A stretch of 64,000 nucleotides of DNA from Lepidodermella squamata (taxonomy: Eukaryota; Animalia; Gastrotricha). A program made the position numbers and the translations under genes. Location of the stretch: the NCBI GenBank assembly GCA_047495785.1, contig JBLDXI010000009.1, positions 2,108,001-2,172,000 of the forward strand, written 5' to 3'. This document shows, one piece after another, positions 26,370 to 38,578 of the stretch; position 1 is the stretch's first letter, and each line of letters begins with the position of its first letter. Below the pieces are notes generated by a model. The model searched no databases, had not been told where the DNA came from, and saw only the letters and a list, made by a program, of their open reading frames with translations.

Positions 26370-28163
26370 TCAAGCTTCTTCATCGGGTGCTGAAGATAAA
26401 AACGAGTAGTGCTGTTCTGCAGTATGTGAGCCACCTTAAAATGACAGAATGCATAGAGATTTAGAAGGTCTCAATTTTATCTCACCATTCGTAGTCGGAG
26501 TTCGATAAGACTTTCCACGAATGGCATGTAGAGGCATCAAACCATTCCGTTCCCCTCTGACAGTTAAAATTGTGTAACGACGATTGCAGAAAATCCGAAC
26601 CATATACATGACTGAGATGACCACAGCGCAAACCACAACCACAACAACTGAAATAATTTCGTTTAGTTGAAATAACGATAAAACAATAAAATTAAGCGAT
26701 AAGTTAAAACTTCAGTATTTCATCAACATAAGAAAAATGCATAACACATAATTACCGATTGCGATTGAGGATGAAGAAAATGCGCCATCATCAATGTTTC
26801 CGGAAAGACCAGCTTCGATGAGCTTTCTTGCGTAAATGTCGTAGTATCCAAGATTGAGCATGTCTTCGACTCGCTTGAGGCTTCCGTTGTTTGGCGGAAC
26901 AGTGACGCCAAGAATATAGGCCATAATAGCGTGAGCATCGACAGGCATTATCGTTTGCTTTCGAATCTCGTTCGACTTGAACTTTGGTCCACTTCCCAGA
27001 AAAATGCCATGCATACTGGGCAAAGCTGGATCGTAGCCATGCTGACCTTTAGCAGGATAAGGACCGGGGCCGAGATGTAAGGCATAGCCTTCATCTGCAA
27101 CTGCGATAATAGGCAAAATTCTCTCGCTTTTCACATAATGATATCGTTCAGGAAGATCCTCCTTCCGATACGCTTTCACGTGCGGTAAATTCTGCATTGT
27201 AGAAAGAACCGCATCTTCCTTGCCCGGCTTTGGCTTACATTGGCTGACTGCGGCGTTGTCGAGCAAGACCTCGCAATCATCCTTCACCGCGGAAATGTCG
27301 ATTACATTGTTGACTGATGCCATTCCATGATCGCTGAGGATCATAATATTGATGCGGGGCCATAAGCCAGTTACTTTCAATTTGCGAATCAAGTATCCAA
27401 TGCCGTCATCAATTTTTTGGAGCATCTGCATCACCTCAAGCGAAAATGGACCATTTTGATGACTCACTTCATCTGGCTCTGGATAGTAAATCATTGCAAA
27501 ATTGACATCTTTCGCCGCCATCCAGTCTACAACGGTGTCGGCTGATTTTTGAAAATCTTGTGCTTCGGTGTCGTTGTAGTGAATCATAAATTTTGACCCG
27601 TATGTCGCGTTGACGTCGGAAGCAATCGTTCCCGGCCACATATAGACACCTGACTTCCGAGGTTCTGCCGGCTTTCTTTCGTTTGAAATCCAAATAGGCT
27701 CACCAGAATATCGTGTTGTCAGCCAAGTATTCATAACGGAAGCATTTGCGTTTTGGAAAGTGAAGAACCCCAGCTGGGGATCATACATGTAATTATCCAC
27801 GATGCTGCTGGATTCCTCATATAACCCAGACACCATCGCCCAATGATTTGGAAATGTTTTAGATGTGAACTGAGGTTCAAGCGGCGCCAAGATGCCGCGC
27901 CGCTGCAGATAATCGAAATTCGGCAGGTGAATGGTACTCAAATTAAAATACTGAAACATGAAGGCGTCAAACGAAATAACCAGCAACAGCGGCAACATTC
28001 TTAAATTGCTGGTAAATTAGACGAACCTAAATCATTAGTAAGACTGAATAAAATAATCAAGTTTAAAAGAAGACAAGTATGTAGCCACAAGCCAATTAGA
28101 CCTGTTTGAATCAAAACGGATGTCAAGTAGATATCCCCGCGTCCCGCGTCGACCAGAAAGCAT
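26370..28163 (-). CDS. Ectonucleotide pyrophosphatase/phosphodiesterase (ENPP4/5-like) with a C-terminal TM helix
   Basis: ISFD, SKTFPNH (catalytic Thr), EPDEVSH, SDHGM and HGYD metal-ligand motifs. TM exon 26647-26486 and last exon 26434-26370. The first exon (28163-28102) is tentative; the alternative start is 27998. Confidence 0.88.
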
Positions 28164-28246
28164 CCTACGCCTAGAGCAATCTCTAATATGACCTTTCTTG
28201 AACTAATGGTATGAATTACATTTTACGAGAAATGTTTCCTGCCCGA

Positions 28247-28290
28247 ATTTAGGCAGAAATTTCCGCCATAGCTCTTTCTGCCTAAAATTC
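28247..28290. repeat. 12-bp inverted repeat TTTAGGCAGAAA / TTTCTGCCTAAA in the divergent ENPP-RPL6 intergenic region
   Basis: Directly visible palindromic arms with a short spacer, plus a third partial TAGGCAGA arm just downstream. Possible MITE relic. Confidence 0.45.
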
Positions 28291-28574
28291 TTCTAGGCAG
28301 ACTGAAGTGCTCGGCACGATAGCGATTATCCAGGATTGTGTACTTCAAGTAATCACTTGAAAATGAAAAATGCTATTTAATATCTACCAAAAAAATCGAT
28401 GACCAGTGCAGGATAAGTATAGAGAATAGGGCTACCTGGTCAGTGGTCAAGTTGTTGGTCTCATTGACATTCAATTCTCTTTCTCTCAAATCTCATAGTT
28501 TGGGCCGGAGAGTGTTAGGCCTCGCCTTATTTTGTATAAAAAATATGATGAAACGATTGGTTTTTAATGCCCTC

Positions 28575-28622
28575 TAAGGTTGCCTGGGACTGCTACAACG
28601 GAGCGCGCTACCACTGAGCTTG
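28575..28622 (-). mobile_element. tRNA-like (A-box/D-arm) fragment, probable decayed SINE head
   Basis: Minus strand reads AGCTCAGTGGTAGCGCGCT. There is no intact B box or acceptor stem, so it is not a tRNA gene. Confidence 0.3.
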
Positions 28623-29421
28623 AAGTACTTTAACCCTAAAAACATTAATATTTCGACTTTCAGAACAATCACACATGATAAAGAAGCCACAAATTTGAAT
28701 TTAAAAAGCTATTCGCTGCTGTAATCACGGTTTTAGCGCTGGTTTCCCATTTTAGGCATCTGGCCTCTGGCCTCCTTCTAGCCACCCCAGCCAGGTGAAC
28801 GGTGAAACTTTTTTCACTATGAACTTTTCCAGGATTCATTCAACTCGCAAAAAAGAAAAATTGCGCGGGCTTTCAAAATATTTCTCAAAATGAAAATGAC
28901 GAAAATGAAGATATACTTTTATTTCTTATATTTCGTATATTGCTTAATAAAAAACTTCACGACCAATTGACTTTCCCGAATCCGCGCAGTCTCGCCGCGT
29001 TAGCGCTCCTTTAGTTTCCAGCGGCAGATTTTCGCCTTGCTCGGCCTGAGTTGAAGTGTCGTCCCAGGTCGCAACTCGCAACCAAGGTGTCTACTACTTT
29101 CCAGCTATCGACGCTCAGATTCCGCATTTCCGCTATGAGCTAGTGGCATTTATGCTCCAATTTTGAACGCATTCATTTTCGATGACTAGACATAATTTTA
29201 GATTTTAGATCATGCTGAGTGAAGTTGATTATTTTAGCCGAGGAATAATCATGATATCACTGTGTTGGCCTTTTAGCAAGGTCCAAGGTCCTACTAATTG
29301 ATGTATTTTTTCCTTTACAGCTCTGTTCGATGTTTGCGATGTATATCATGTTACCTCTGCTTTATCTTCTTTCATGACATGTTTACTATTGTAGGATTTA
29401 ATTTAAATCCAGTTTCGCACA

Positions 29422-30454
29422 ATGCCTGCGACCAAGAAGCAACATCGTCCCAAGGCTCAGGGTAGCAAGAAAAACTATGCTATCGACAAGAGCGGTGTCA
29501 TCATGCGCTTCTCTCGGTAGGATTTTTGTTGATTGGCTTGATTGTAAATAACATATTTTATATTACAGTTCCATGCGTTACCGCATGAAGGCCTTGTGGA
29601 AGAAGAAGTATGGCCAAGCGAAAGTTGACATTAAGAAGTTGGTTCTTAAGAAAACCACCAAGCCCAAGGTCGAAACCACCAAGAAGGTGAAGGTCACTGG
29701 CGCTAAGAACGGCAATGAGCGCGTTGTTGCCATTCGTCGGGCTCCTCGGTCTTACTCTACCGAGACCAAGTCTAAGAAGCATTCCGATAAAAAGAAGGTC
29801 AAGAAGGGCAGGACCCCCACCCTTCGTAAATCCATCACCCCTGGTACCGTGCTCATTCTTCTGGCCGGTCGCCACAAGGGAAAGCGCGTTGTCTTCCTGA
29901 AGCAGTTGCCTTCTGGTCTCCTCCTCGTTACTGGTAAGCACGTTATGGATGATATTCTCCCGATACCTTAAGATGATTAAAACTATCCCACAGCGTTCTG
30001 TAACCTATGATGATAAATTTTGATATGATTAAGAAGTTTCGAATCTCTCTAATATCTTTATGTTGCATCCTACGGAATATTAATCTTGAAACATTTTCCA
30101 GGCCCGTACGCCCTGAACGGCTGCCCTCTCCGCCGTATCAACCAGGCTTACGTCATTGCCACGAAGACCAAGCTCGACGTCGCCTCTGTCAAGGTGCCAG
30201 AGACTTTGAACGATGCTTACTTCAACCGTCAAAAGCAAGATCGGAAAAACCGCAAAAAGGAGAGCGGCGAGATCTTCGCTAAGACCAAGGAGGAGTACAA
30301 GGTTTCGGAGCAGCGCAAGAAGGATCAGCAGACCGTCGATAAGCAACTCCTCGACGTGATCAAGAAGCACTCCGACAAAGTTGTGCTGAAGAGCTACCTT
30401 AAGGCCAGCTTCAGCCTGAAAAATAAGCAGTACCCGCACACGTTGGTTTTCTAA
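29422..30454 (+). CDS. RPL6: 60S ribosomal protein L6 (eL6)
   Basis: [37 protein letters not shown]|[21 protein letters not shown]...YPHTLVF. Introns at ~29517-29568 and 29934-30101. Confidence 0.98.
29967..30033 (+). ncRNA. Candidate intronic box C/D snoRNA in RPL6
   Basis: CTTAA/TTAAG terminal stem, C-like ATGATTA, guide ATCCCACAGCG, D'-like CTGT, C' ATGATGA and D-like ATGA, inside an unusually long (168 nt) intron of a ribosomal protein gene. Confidence 0.45.
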
Positions 30455-30577
30455 GCGAGTAATATTTTCTTCCAGTGGTGCGTTGAGAAGTAACGTGAGA
30501 TAACGGTGGCTTAAATAAAAGAAAGAAATCAATTACGTAAAAATATGATAAACAGCTAATTCTTATTCAATTTCTAG

Positions 30578-31552
30578 ATGACTAATATATTAGCTTTTTT
30601 ATGGGAAGCCGTGATAATATTTAGTTACGCTGCTTACATTCTAGTTGAATGGGCGGTCAAGTCTGTTATTGGACTGTTTTCTTCGCGGAAGTCTTTGTCT
30701 TTGCACGGAAAGACTGTTGTGATTACGGGCGCCGCAGGTGGTCTGGGTCGATGCATTTCTCTGGCGCTTTACAAGGAAGGTTGTAACTTGGCACTCCTGG
30801 ACGTGAGCAAATCTGACGCTGACCGCGTCGTGCGAGAAGTTCGCGACTCTCAGACGAATGGATTCAAAGTCATCGGCTATTCATGCGATGTCACCAACGC
30901 TCATCAGGTTTCGCAAGTTTTCAGTGCGATTCGTCGCGATTTGGGGCAAATTCATGTCATGATCAACAATGCTGGAATCGTCAACGGAAAGAGTATTCTT
31001 GACGAAAGCTATCAGGAAATCCAGCGAACTATGAACGTAAATGCCATGTCTCATTTCCTGATTATCAAGGAGGTGCTTCCGAACATGATTTCCGACGGGC
31101 AAGGTCATATTGTTTCGGTCACCAGTGTTCTTGGCTTGATGGGATTCGCTCCAAATACCGCCGATTACGTTGCAAGTAAATACGCCGCGACTGGTTTGAT
31201 GGAAGCTCTGGATTACGAACTTCATTCCAAGGGCGTAGATACTATTTCACTTACCACCGTTTGCCCGTTTATGATTGCTACCCCTCTTTTTGCCGGTACG
31301 ATTCCGAGCCGATTCCCAAATTTCGAGCCCATTCTATCTCCCGAGTATGTTGCTGCGTCTATTGTTGATGGTATCAAAAAGCAGAAACGCATTGTCATAC
31401 TGCCTCCGAAGTTTATCGTTTATGTTTTGGCGAAAGCTTTATTGCCTCGTTCTGTTTGTTTCCGCTTACTCGATTTTATCGAAGCTAATCTTAGCATGGT
31501 GCACTTTCAAGGTCGTCAAAGCATTTCCAATGGACATTCAAACGGACATTAG
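30578..31552 (+). CDS. Short-chain dehydrogenase/reductase, SDR16C family (retinol dehydrogenase-like), single exon
   Basis: N-terminal hydrophobic anchor, VITGAAGGLG, INNAGIVNGK, GHIVSVTS, catalytic YVASK, VCPFMI. Confidence 0.92.
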   Translation: MTNILAFLWEAVIIFSYAAYILVEWAVKSVIGLFSSRKSLSLHGKTVVITGAAGGLGRCISLALYKEGCNLALLDVSKSDADRVVREVRDSQTNGFKVIGYSCDVTNAHQVSQVFSAIRRDLGQIHVMINNAGIVNGKSILDESYQEIQRTMNVNAMSHFLIIKEVLPNMISDGQGHIVSVTSVLGLMGFAPNTADYVASKYAATGLMEALDYELHSKGVDTISLTTVCPFMIATPLFAGTIPSRFPNFEPILSPEYVAASIVDGIKKQKRIVILPPKFIVYVLAKALLPRSVCFRLLDFIEANLSMVHFQGRQSISNGHSNGH

Positions 31553-31679
31553 ATAACATTGTGATATTAGATCCTAACAGCGACAAACGCTACGAAAAAC
31601 TGCTAAATTATTTTATTGAGAAATTAGTTGCATGAAAACATTGCTTATTTTTCTATTTTATATAGATCTTTATGAAGTG

Positions 31680-33096
31680 ATGATTTCTGACAAGCAAGTT
31701 ACTTCAAAACAAAAATACAAAAATTTGAAAAGGAAGCTAAAACTTCTGCTCTACGTAAGTTTTGTTTAAATTGATTGAGTATGAATGTTACATTTTTGTT
31801 TTCTTATAGGAGCAAGAATGCTTTCTCGACGAACTAAGAAAATCAGAGCGAAAGATGATAAAAGTGCAACGAGATAAAAAGTACATTTTTCGAATATTAT
31901 TTGCGCCGTGTTTTATTCTGATTTCCACTCAGTTTTCTGCTCGACCGGTTATTGCAATATGAACGCGTTGAAGATTCGTCTGGAGATTCAGATTCTACCA
32001 TGTCCAGTAACGAATCCGATTCCGAATTGCCTTCATTATCGCAAAATTCACGAAATGCCTCGGCTAGTAAGCAAGAACGTGGTTCCCCAGCTGTCGCCTC
32101 AAGTTTTGCCGGTCATTTTCCATTTGGTTCTCAGCCTCCTTCGATGGACCTGTCACCTACCTCACTCCTATCCAGTTCCATGCCCAGCGGTTTGTTTGGC
32201 GCAATGCATCAGCAAGGACAATTCGCCCCCAATGCCTCGATGAATGGACCTGTCCCTGGTCAGCAAAGACTGGTAGCAGGTAGCCCAGCTGTTACCAGGG
32301 GAAGAGGTCGGCCGAGGGTGGTCGGGCAACCGGGTCAGCCGCGAGGAGCTGGTGGCACTAGGGGTCGAGGTCGTGGCAGCGCTGGTCCTGCAGCCTTATC
32401 CGCGTCTGCTTCAGGGCCGGCTAGTTCGAGTGGAGGAGTACCCGGTGGCGCGATGCAGCAACAAGGTACACCAAGCAGGGGTAACAGCTCGAACGGAAAT
32501 TACGGACCAGGCCAAATGTCTCAAATGCCTCTGGGCAGCCCGACTCAGTCGTCGAGTCAGGTGCTTGGAATGTCAGATCTCGGCTCGAACTCATTCGGAC
32601 AACTGTTCTCCCCGGATAACAGTGCTAACAATACCGGCTTCTTACAACCACAATCTCAGCAGCAATACACCCCTCAAATGGCTGGTGGTCAGTCGGGTCA
32701 AATGCCGGCGCCGCAGTCGGGTTCGATGACCCCGACCGGCCAGGGTATGATGCAGCAGTATGCAGCTGCCGGCCAGCAAACACCGCAACAACAACAGCAG
32801 AATGTTGTGATGATGGGCCCGCCCCAGTCGCAACAATCTCAACAGCAATTCATTCACTCATCGATGGGGCTTCCAAGTGATATTTTGCTAGGTAAATCAT
32901 GAATATTTAAGGTAGATTTCTTTATTTTGGAATTTTTCTCATTTCAGAGAGTGTCATGACTCAAGAAGATGTGGACCGTTGCCTCGAAAGCTCGACCGGA
33001 CCGGATCGTTTATTCCTCGATCGAATAGGTGACCTACCAGCCGATATTTTCGAAAACCCTGACGATGATGGTGTAGGTGGCATTGGCAATAGGTAA
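31680..33096 (+). CDS. INO80E: INO80 complex subunit E (CCDC95)-like, with a long G/Q/S/P low-complexity middle
   Basis: KQKYKNLKRKLKLLLY|EQECFLDELRKSERKMIKVQRDKN|FLLDRLLQYE..DSSGDSDST and a C-terminal LPADIF. Four exons (a short further exon to ~33167 is possible). Confidence 0.85.
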
Positions 33097-34309
33097 ACCT
33101 ATTTCTAACGTGTTCGAATATGATCGACATTTTTTCATTAACCTTCAGCGTCAGCAGTGAAGCCTAGTCGGTAAAAGACGATTCATCAAATGAAAAAACC
33201 GGAATATACAAATCAGCTCAATCACTGTGCTAACTTCTACGTTTCGTTTTAATCGAATCGTATCAAGCGGCGGCGGCGGCGGGAGTGGAAAGAATTTATA
33301 CCTATAGCATTTACTACGCATTATTATTGTTGATACCTTCCGAAGGTTGACGTGAAAAATTTGCTGTTTAAAACCTTAATGACATGATGCACTATGGTTG
33401 ACGGTTTCCTGAAATCAGCCGCCAAAATGTGTGGCTTCTCCGCCTTCTTTGAGACTGAACTGTAGCTCATCGTCCCGTTTTTTGTTTAACGTGTTTTAAA
33501 TTGTAGTTGAATAAGTTATACGACGTATTCCCGTCTTTATTATGATAATATAATATACTTTTTCATGATCACATCGGTAGATGCAAATTTGTTGTTGGTT
33601 GACGGCGCTTTACTTGCGAAAAAGTTGTCTCTTGTTCGTTTTATTTGTGTCAAACAACAACGCTCTTATGATGAGAAGAGCATAACAATTATACGTGTTC
33701 ATTTTATTACTTCGAAATAAAAATGTTCAAAATGCTGCTCCAATCTAACTGTTGTTACTAAGTGAACTGCTTAAATCATTAAGGTAGCTGAGCAGTGATG
33801 AAAAAAAACGACGCAGTTACTTAGGGCGTGGCGAAATCAACTCGTCAATCTTTAGCGTAGTAAAACGCTGTCGCTTTCGCATTATTAAGAGAGAAAACCA
33901 GAGATTTTATGCAAACAGTTATCGTCCGGTGGTACAAAAATTATCGATACAATACAACATGACTGTACTCATGACTGTATTCATCTTCGGTTCCTGCGGA
34001 ACCTCGATTCATACAGTCATTCGTACAAGAAAAGTGTTTCTGTATTCTGAGCCATCCAAGATTGCTTAAATTCCGTTTTTATGACTTTTTATGTAAAACT
34101 GGCAAAACAGTAACCTGGCTGACGAATCTTATGAATTCATCCGGATGAATCTATATTCAAAAAACTAGGGTGACTGAAATTTTCAGTGAAATCAGAAACT
34201 GATTCGAACTATGTGCCCAAGTGCCTAGTTTGGCATACGGTTGTCGATTTTCCGAATAGCTTTTTCATTTTCCAGAAAATTCAAAAATTCGATTTTCTTT
34301 GCTTGGCTG

Positions 34310-34337
34310 AAAAAAAATTCGGCCGTGAAAGGGTTAA
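34310..34337. mobile_element. Isolated TTAA-flanked terminal-repeat-like end (GGCCGTGAAAGGGTTAA), possible piggyBac-type MITE relic
   Basis: AAAGGG followed by TTAA matches the CCC-TIR plus TTAA target layout. No partner end was found in the window. Confidence 0.25.
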
Positions 34338-34735
34338 GGTGGATTTTTTAAATTTTATTAGTCAAATTGCCCTACTCGATCATTCATCCCCTGACTGAAC
34401 TAGCCAAAAGAACACACATTTTTCTCAACTAGTTTTGTTTTAATATATTGGGGAAAAGACCGTCATTTGCGCTCGAAGAAATCATTATGCTGCCAGTTAT
34501 TCTACTTTATTGCAGTTACTGGATTTTAAAAAAATTCGAAACGTAATGGCATCTTGGCAAACGTTCATAGAAGGGCGGAATTGAAAGAGGGTGATTGCTA
34601 GCTAGCATTGTTGATTGCTCGCGTAAGGATCACCCGAAGGCTGCTCCATCTCCGAATTGGGAGAAGCATGCGGGCGAGGCTGCTCCTCCAGCTTCAGCAT
34701 TCGGTAATTGAGAGGAGCACTCATTGACGCATCGC

Positions 34736-34946
34736 CTATACTGGTATTACTTCATCGAGAATTTTGTGCACTAGGTACATTTCCGCAAGTATTTGCCGGA
34801 GAGATTTTTCTGAATTCCAGCATTCGGTAATGCGTTCTTCACCAAATACCTAATCGATGGAATGCTCGCCTAACCTCACCCGCTTGTAGAGCCCGATTTC
34901 GATCCTTCTTCATCTTCTTTTTCAGCTTCGAAGCTCGGGTTCCAAT
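34736..34946 (-). pseudogene. NOP16-like N-terminal fragment, disrupted
   Basis: ITECWNSEKSLRQILAEMYL resembles the Nop16 W-x4-S(V/L)RQNLAEMGL motif and is preceded by basic KLKKKMKKDRNR in a different frame. It has ATT instead of ATG, a frameshift and an early stop. Confidence 0.4.
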
Positions 34947-36256
34947 GAGGCGGGGCGTCCCAAACAAGCAATTTTCCGTGAAAGCAACCGCAAAAATTTA
35001 TGCGTGAATTCAATCGCGAATACCGTAATCCGGTATATCGAAAAATGAATAAACAGCAATGATTTTTGCAAAACGTTAGTGAAAATAATAGGCTGGACCT
35101 TTTTAATTTTAGAAATTCACCCTTGTTATCTAGCTATCCTACCCGGTCCGGCTCGTTTTGTCCCACCGAACGATAACATACATAGTGGATTCGAGTCGAA
35201 CATAACGCAGTTATAGTACTCCGAATCGGACGATGACACATAAGATGCTTTATAGCCTTAAAACAACGTTATCCCAACGCTCGATGTCGCCAATTTTGAT
35301 AGGAATTTCAAGCCATTTCAAGTTGATGTATCTGTACCTACTGGCTGAGATAGGTATGATCAAGTTGGTTTTACGTTTTTAACTGTGCAACCTGCTCCGA
35401 AATGACCTAATTTGGCATGCTAGTGTTTACTTCCAACTCCTGCAACTTCTGCCGCTGTAGCGTTAGTTAATTACGGGTAAATAAAGTGCGAGTTGTCTAA
35501 ACTTTCTGAATTTCCAAACCTGACCGGTCTAATCCGGACTTTCTTCATAGCGCAATGGCTCGGAATGTAGACTTCATATGTAAATATTGATGGTCTAATC
35601 CGTACTAATTCGTCTGGTCTGTCTTTGTTGAAATCAGCTGTTATTTTCTTGGCTCATTCAACAGTTTGTCCAAAAAAACGACCTGAAATATCCCCGTACA
35701 AAAGAACGTAGTTTTGATAAGTTTTGAATTTTTTATTGATTCACTCTTTTCAATTTGGCATAATTTCTCCGATAATGTCATTTTTTTTAATTTTTGAGAC
35801 AAGAATCGCCAATATTCCGTCATATACTCATTTGAAGCTCTCGCAATATATCAACTTTGTACAGTTGCGGATTAACAGAAGTAAAAATCTTCATCGCTAG
35901 AGAAAAAGCTTTGAACATGAAATCAAGTAAAAATCATCTTTATAGAATCATCAACGAATCATAAAATAAAAAAGCGAAAACAACAATATCAGTCAATCGA
36001 GGTCATGAGTTTCCCAAGAAAAATCAACTCGGCTGATGAAAGATAAAATTAAAAATCTTGGTATGAGTCGTATCTTTGAGAGCGAGACAGAGAAAAAAAC
36101 CACAACAACAAAAAATCAACAAGCCATGCAATAAGAACAGGCTTTGTTAACCGCAGCTAGGTAGATTTGAGGTAGATTTATATTATACATGAGCAACATA
36201 GCGATGAAATGACCAGACGCTGTTATAATTTTGTACAAATGAGGTTAAGACGTAGG

Positions 36257-38578
36257 CTATACAAGGCTTTCACTTCGCGAGCTGGAAGATAAGTTATTTT
36301 TCAGCTGTTGTTGTTGTTGGGCCATGTGCTCGTTGTGAAGCGCGTCGAGAATCGCAATTGCCGATTGAGGCGGCGGCGGTGGGAAGCTTGACGTCATAAT
36401 ATCATGGCTCGAGGTGCCGATAAATGAAAACGGCTTGCCAGGCGTCGACGACGCGTGGGGGTTGGTCGGGAAGCCGAGCGAGATTGCGGCCGGATACGTC
36501 GCTGTCGACTGGTCGATTGCCGACGGGATCGGCATCGGGTTCAAACTAAGCGAGGGAGGGTAACCGCCCAGAACTGTGGTCGAAGAAGTTGACGCAACTC
36601 CGTAATAACCGTTCCCACTAGTAGGCGAGGCCCACTGCTCGCCGCCGTAAGCCAGACCGAAAATACCGCCAATTCGGCCCTGTTGATGATGATGGTACGG
36701 GTTCATTCCGTTCGGCGAACCAGCTGATGAATCACTCTTAGCATCAGACACCATATCAGACCCGGTTGAACCACCGCCGGAGGTGATATCAGCGATATAG
36801 GGCGTCGCGTAATTGCCGTAATTTCCTTTACCAGAATTCGACACCAAAATGCTGTTCGAACCACCAAGAGCTGACCCGTTGCCAATGACGCCATTCGGGT
36901 GTCGCTTGTAGTTATTACGACGACGGCGATTTCTGCATTTTTTCACCTGGTACACGACGACTGAGGTGATGATGATGAGGATCAAGACGCCGGCAACAGC
37001 GCATGAAACAGCGACGGAGATGGTCATGTCGAAGTTCGAGCCAGGTTGCGCGGCGACACTCGCAGCCGCCTCGGTGTTATTGCGGCCCAGATCGAGTGAC
37101 TTCGACATGGCGCCGAAAATCAAGCCCGATAGCGAGGTGGTCGGGGCGGCGGTGGTTGCGGCGGCAGTTGTTGACGGGGTAGTCTCCGGCGCTGCAGTGG
37201 TTGTTGTGGTCGTCGATGTTGGGCAGTAGACGCTCGCCTCTCGCATGTTAACCAGTGAAGCACCTGTTAAGACGACAAAAAGCAAACACTTGAAGACAGG
37301 CAAATCACAAAACCGCCGGCTAGACTATCAAGTACTACGCTAATGAGAATACAATGTGCAGCGGATGACCCGCTTGACCCTATTCAGTAAACGCGCATTA
37401 AACGAGCGGTGAAAACGAGCCGCCAAAGTCGCTTATTAATGTGTATGATAACGATACTTATCTGCGGTATAAATGGAAAAACAATGAAGAGTTAACCAAC
37501 CTGAAACCAGCGACGGCAAGCGACAAGTCGTGCGGCAGAGTTGCTCGTTGGCTTTTGGCGGCTTATCGAAAATGACGCCCAAATTAGGCGACGACGGTTG
37601 CGGTTTAACGACGTCGATCCAGCGCTTCAGCCCGACCAACGGGCAGTCGCAGATCCAAGGGTTGTCGCACAAAAACAACCGCTGCACTGTGTCTTGAATA
37701 CCGGCAAAAACGGCCGGGTCGACGAACGACAGCTGGTTAGACGACAAGTCAAGATGGCTCAGTGTCGTTAAATTAGAAAAAGCCGGGCCAGAAATGCGTT
37801 TTAACTGGTTTCCAGATAAATCTACAAGAGAAAATAAACATGAGTAAAACGAATAATCATGACCTAGTTTTAGCGGCTTACCAATTGATTGGATGTTGAT
37901 AATCGGAGTAAAAACTGGCAGGTCAAGCTCGACAATGCGATTGCGGGTCAAACGCAATTCTTGAAGCAATGTCAGGCCTTGAAAAATACCAGGGCGGAGG
38001 TTGACTAGACGATTTTTCGACAAATCCAGCACGCGTAGCGTACGCAACTGATCGAAAATTCCGTCGGGCAGGTCGTCGATAACATTTTCGTCGAGGCGTA
38101 ACTCAGTAAGCCAGACTGTTTGTCGGAAAATGTTGCGAGGAAGCGTGCGAATCGCGTTCAATTGCAGGTTTAAAACACGCAGAGTTCTCAAGCCAGCGAA
38201 CGACATATCGTCGAGATCTTGCAGGTCAGACAGCCTGATTTCGAGCGTGGAGAGTGCTCGAAAGGGAGTGAACGACCGGCCGGGCAGCTCTTGAAGCCCT
38301 GATCCGCGGTAAACAGTGATTTTCGTGGCGTTGTGCGGCATCATGTGGAAGTCGAGGAGTGAGTCGCCAGTCGACGGTTGCGAGCCAGCCGCAATCCGAT
38401 TAGCGACGCCGACGAAAGACGGCGCCTCGCAGTTGACCTGAATCTCGCCTGTTGATGTTGAAAAACACGTGCATGGCTGCGGGCAGTCGATGTAAGGTGA
38501 TTCGAATAACGAGGACGAATCAGTTGCAATAACCAGCCCGGTCGTCAAAACCAGGGCAGCAATCGATGAGACCAGCAT
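36257..38578 (-). CDS. Leucine-rich repeat single-pass transmembrane protein (signal peptide, LRRNT, ~8 LRRs, LRRCT, Thr-rich stalk, TM)
   Basis: CPQPCTC; repeated LxxLxLxxNxI/L; DNPWICDC; TM VAVSCAVAGVLILIIITSVVVY followed by KKCRNRRRR. Three exons; the C-terminal ESLV is a class I PDZ-binding-type motif. Confidence 0.9.

Noticed and set aside
29255-29295. GGCCTTTTAGCAAGGTCCAAG resembling the U2 snRNA 5' region
   Set aside because: It lacks the invariant GTGTAGTA branch-pairing sequence and an Sm site.
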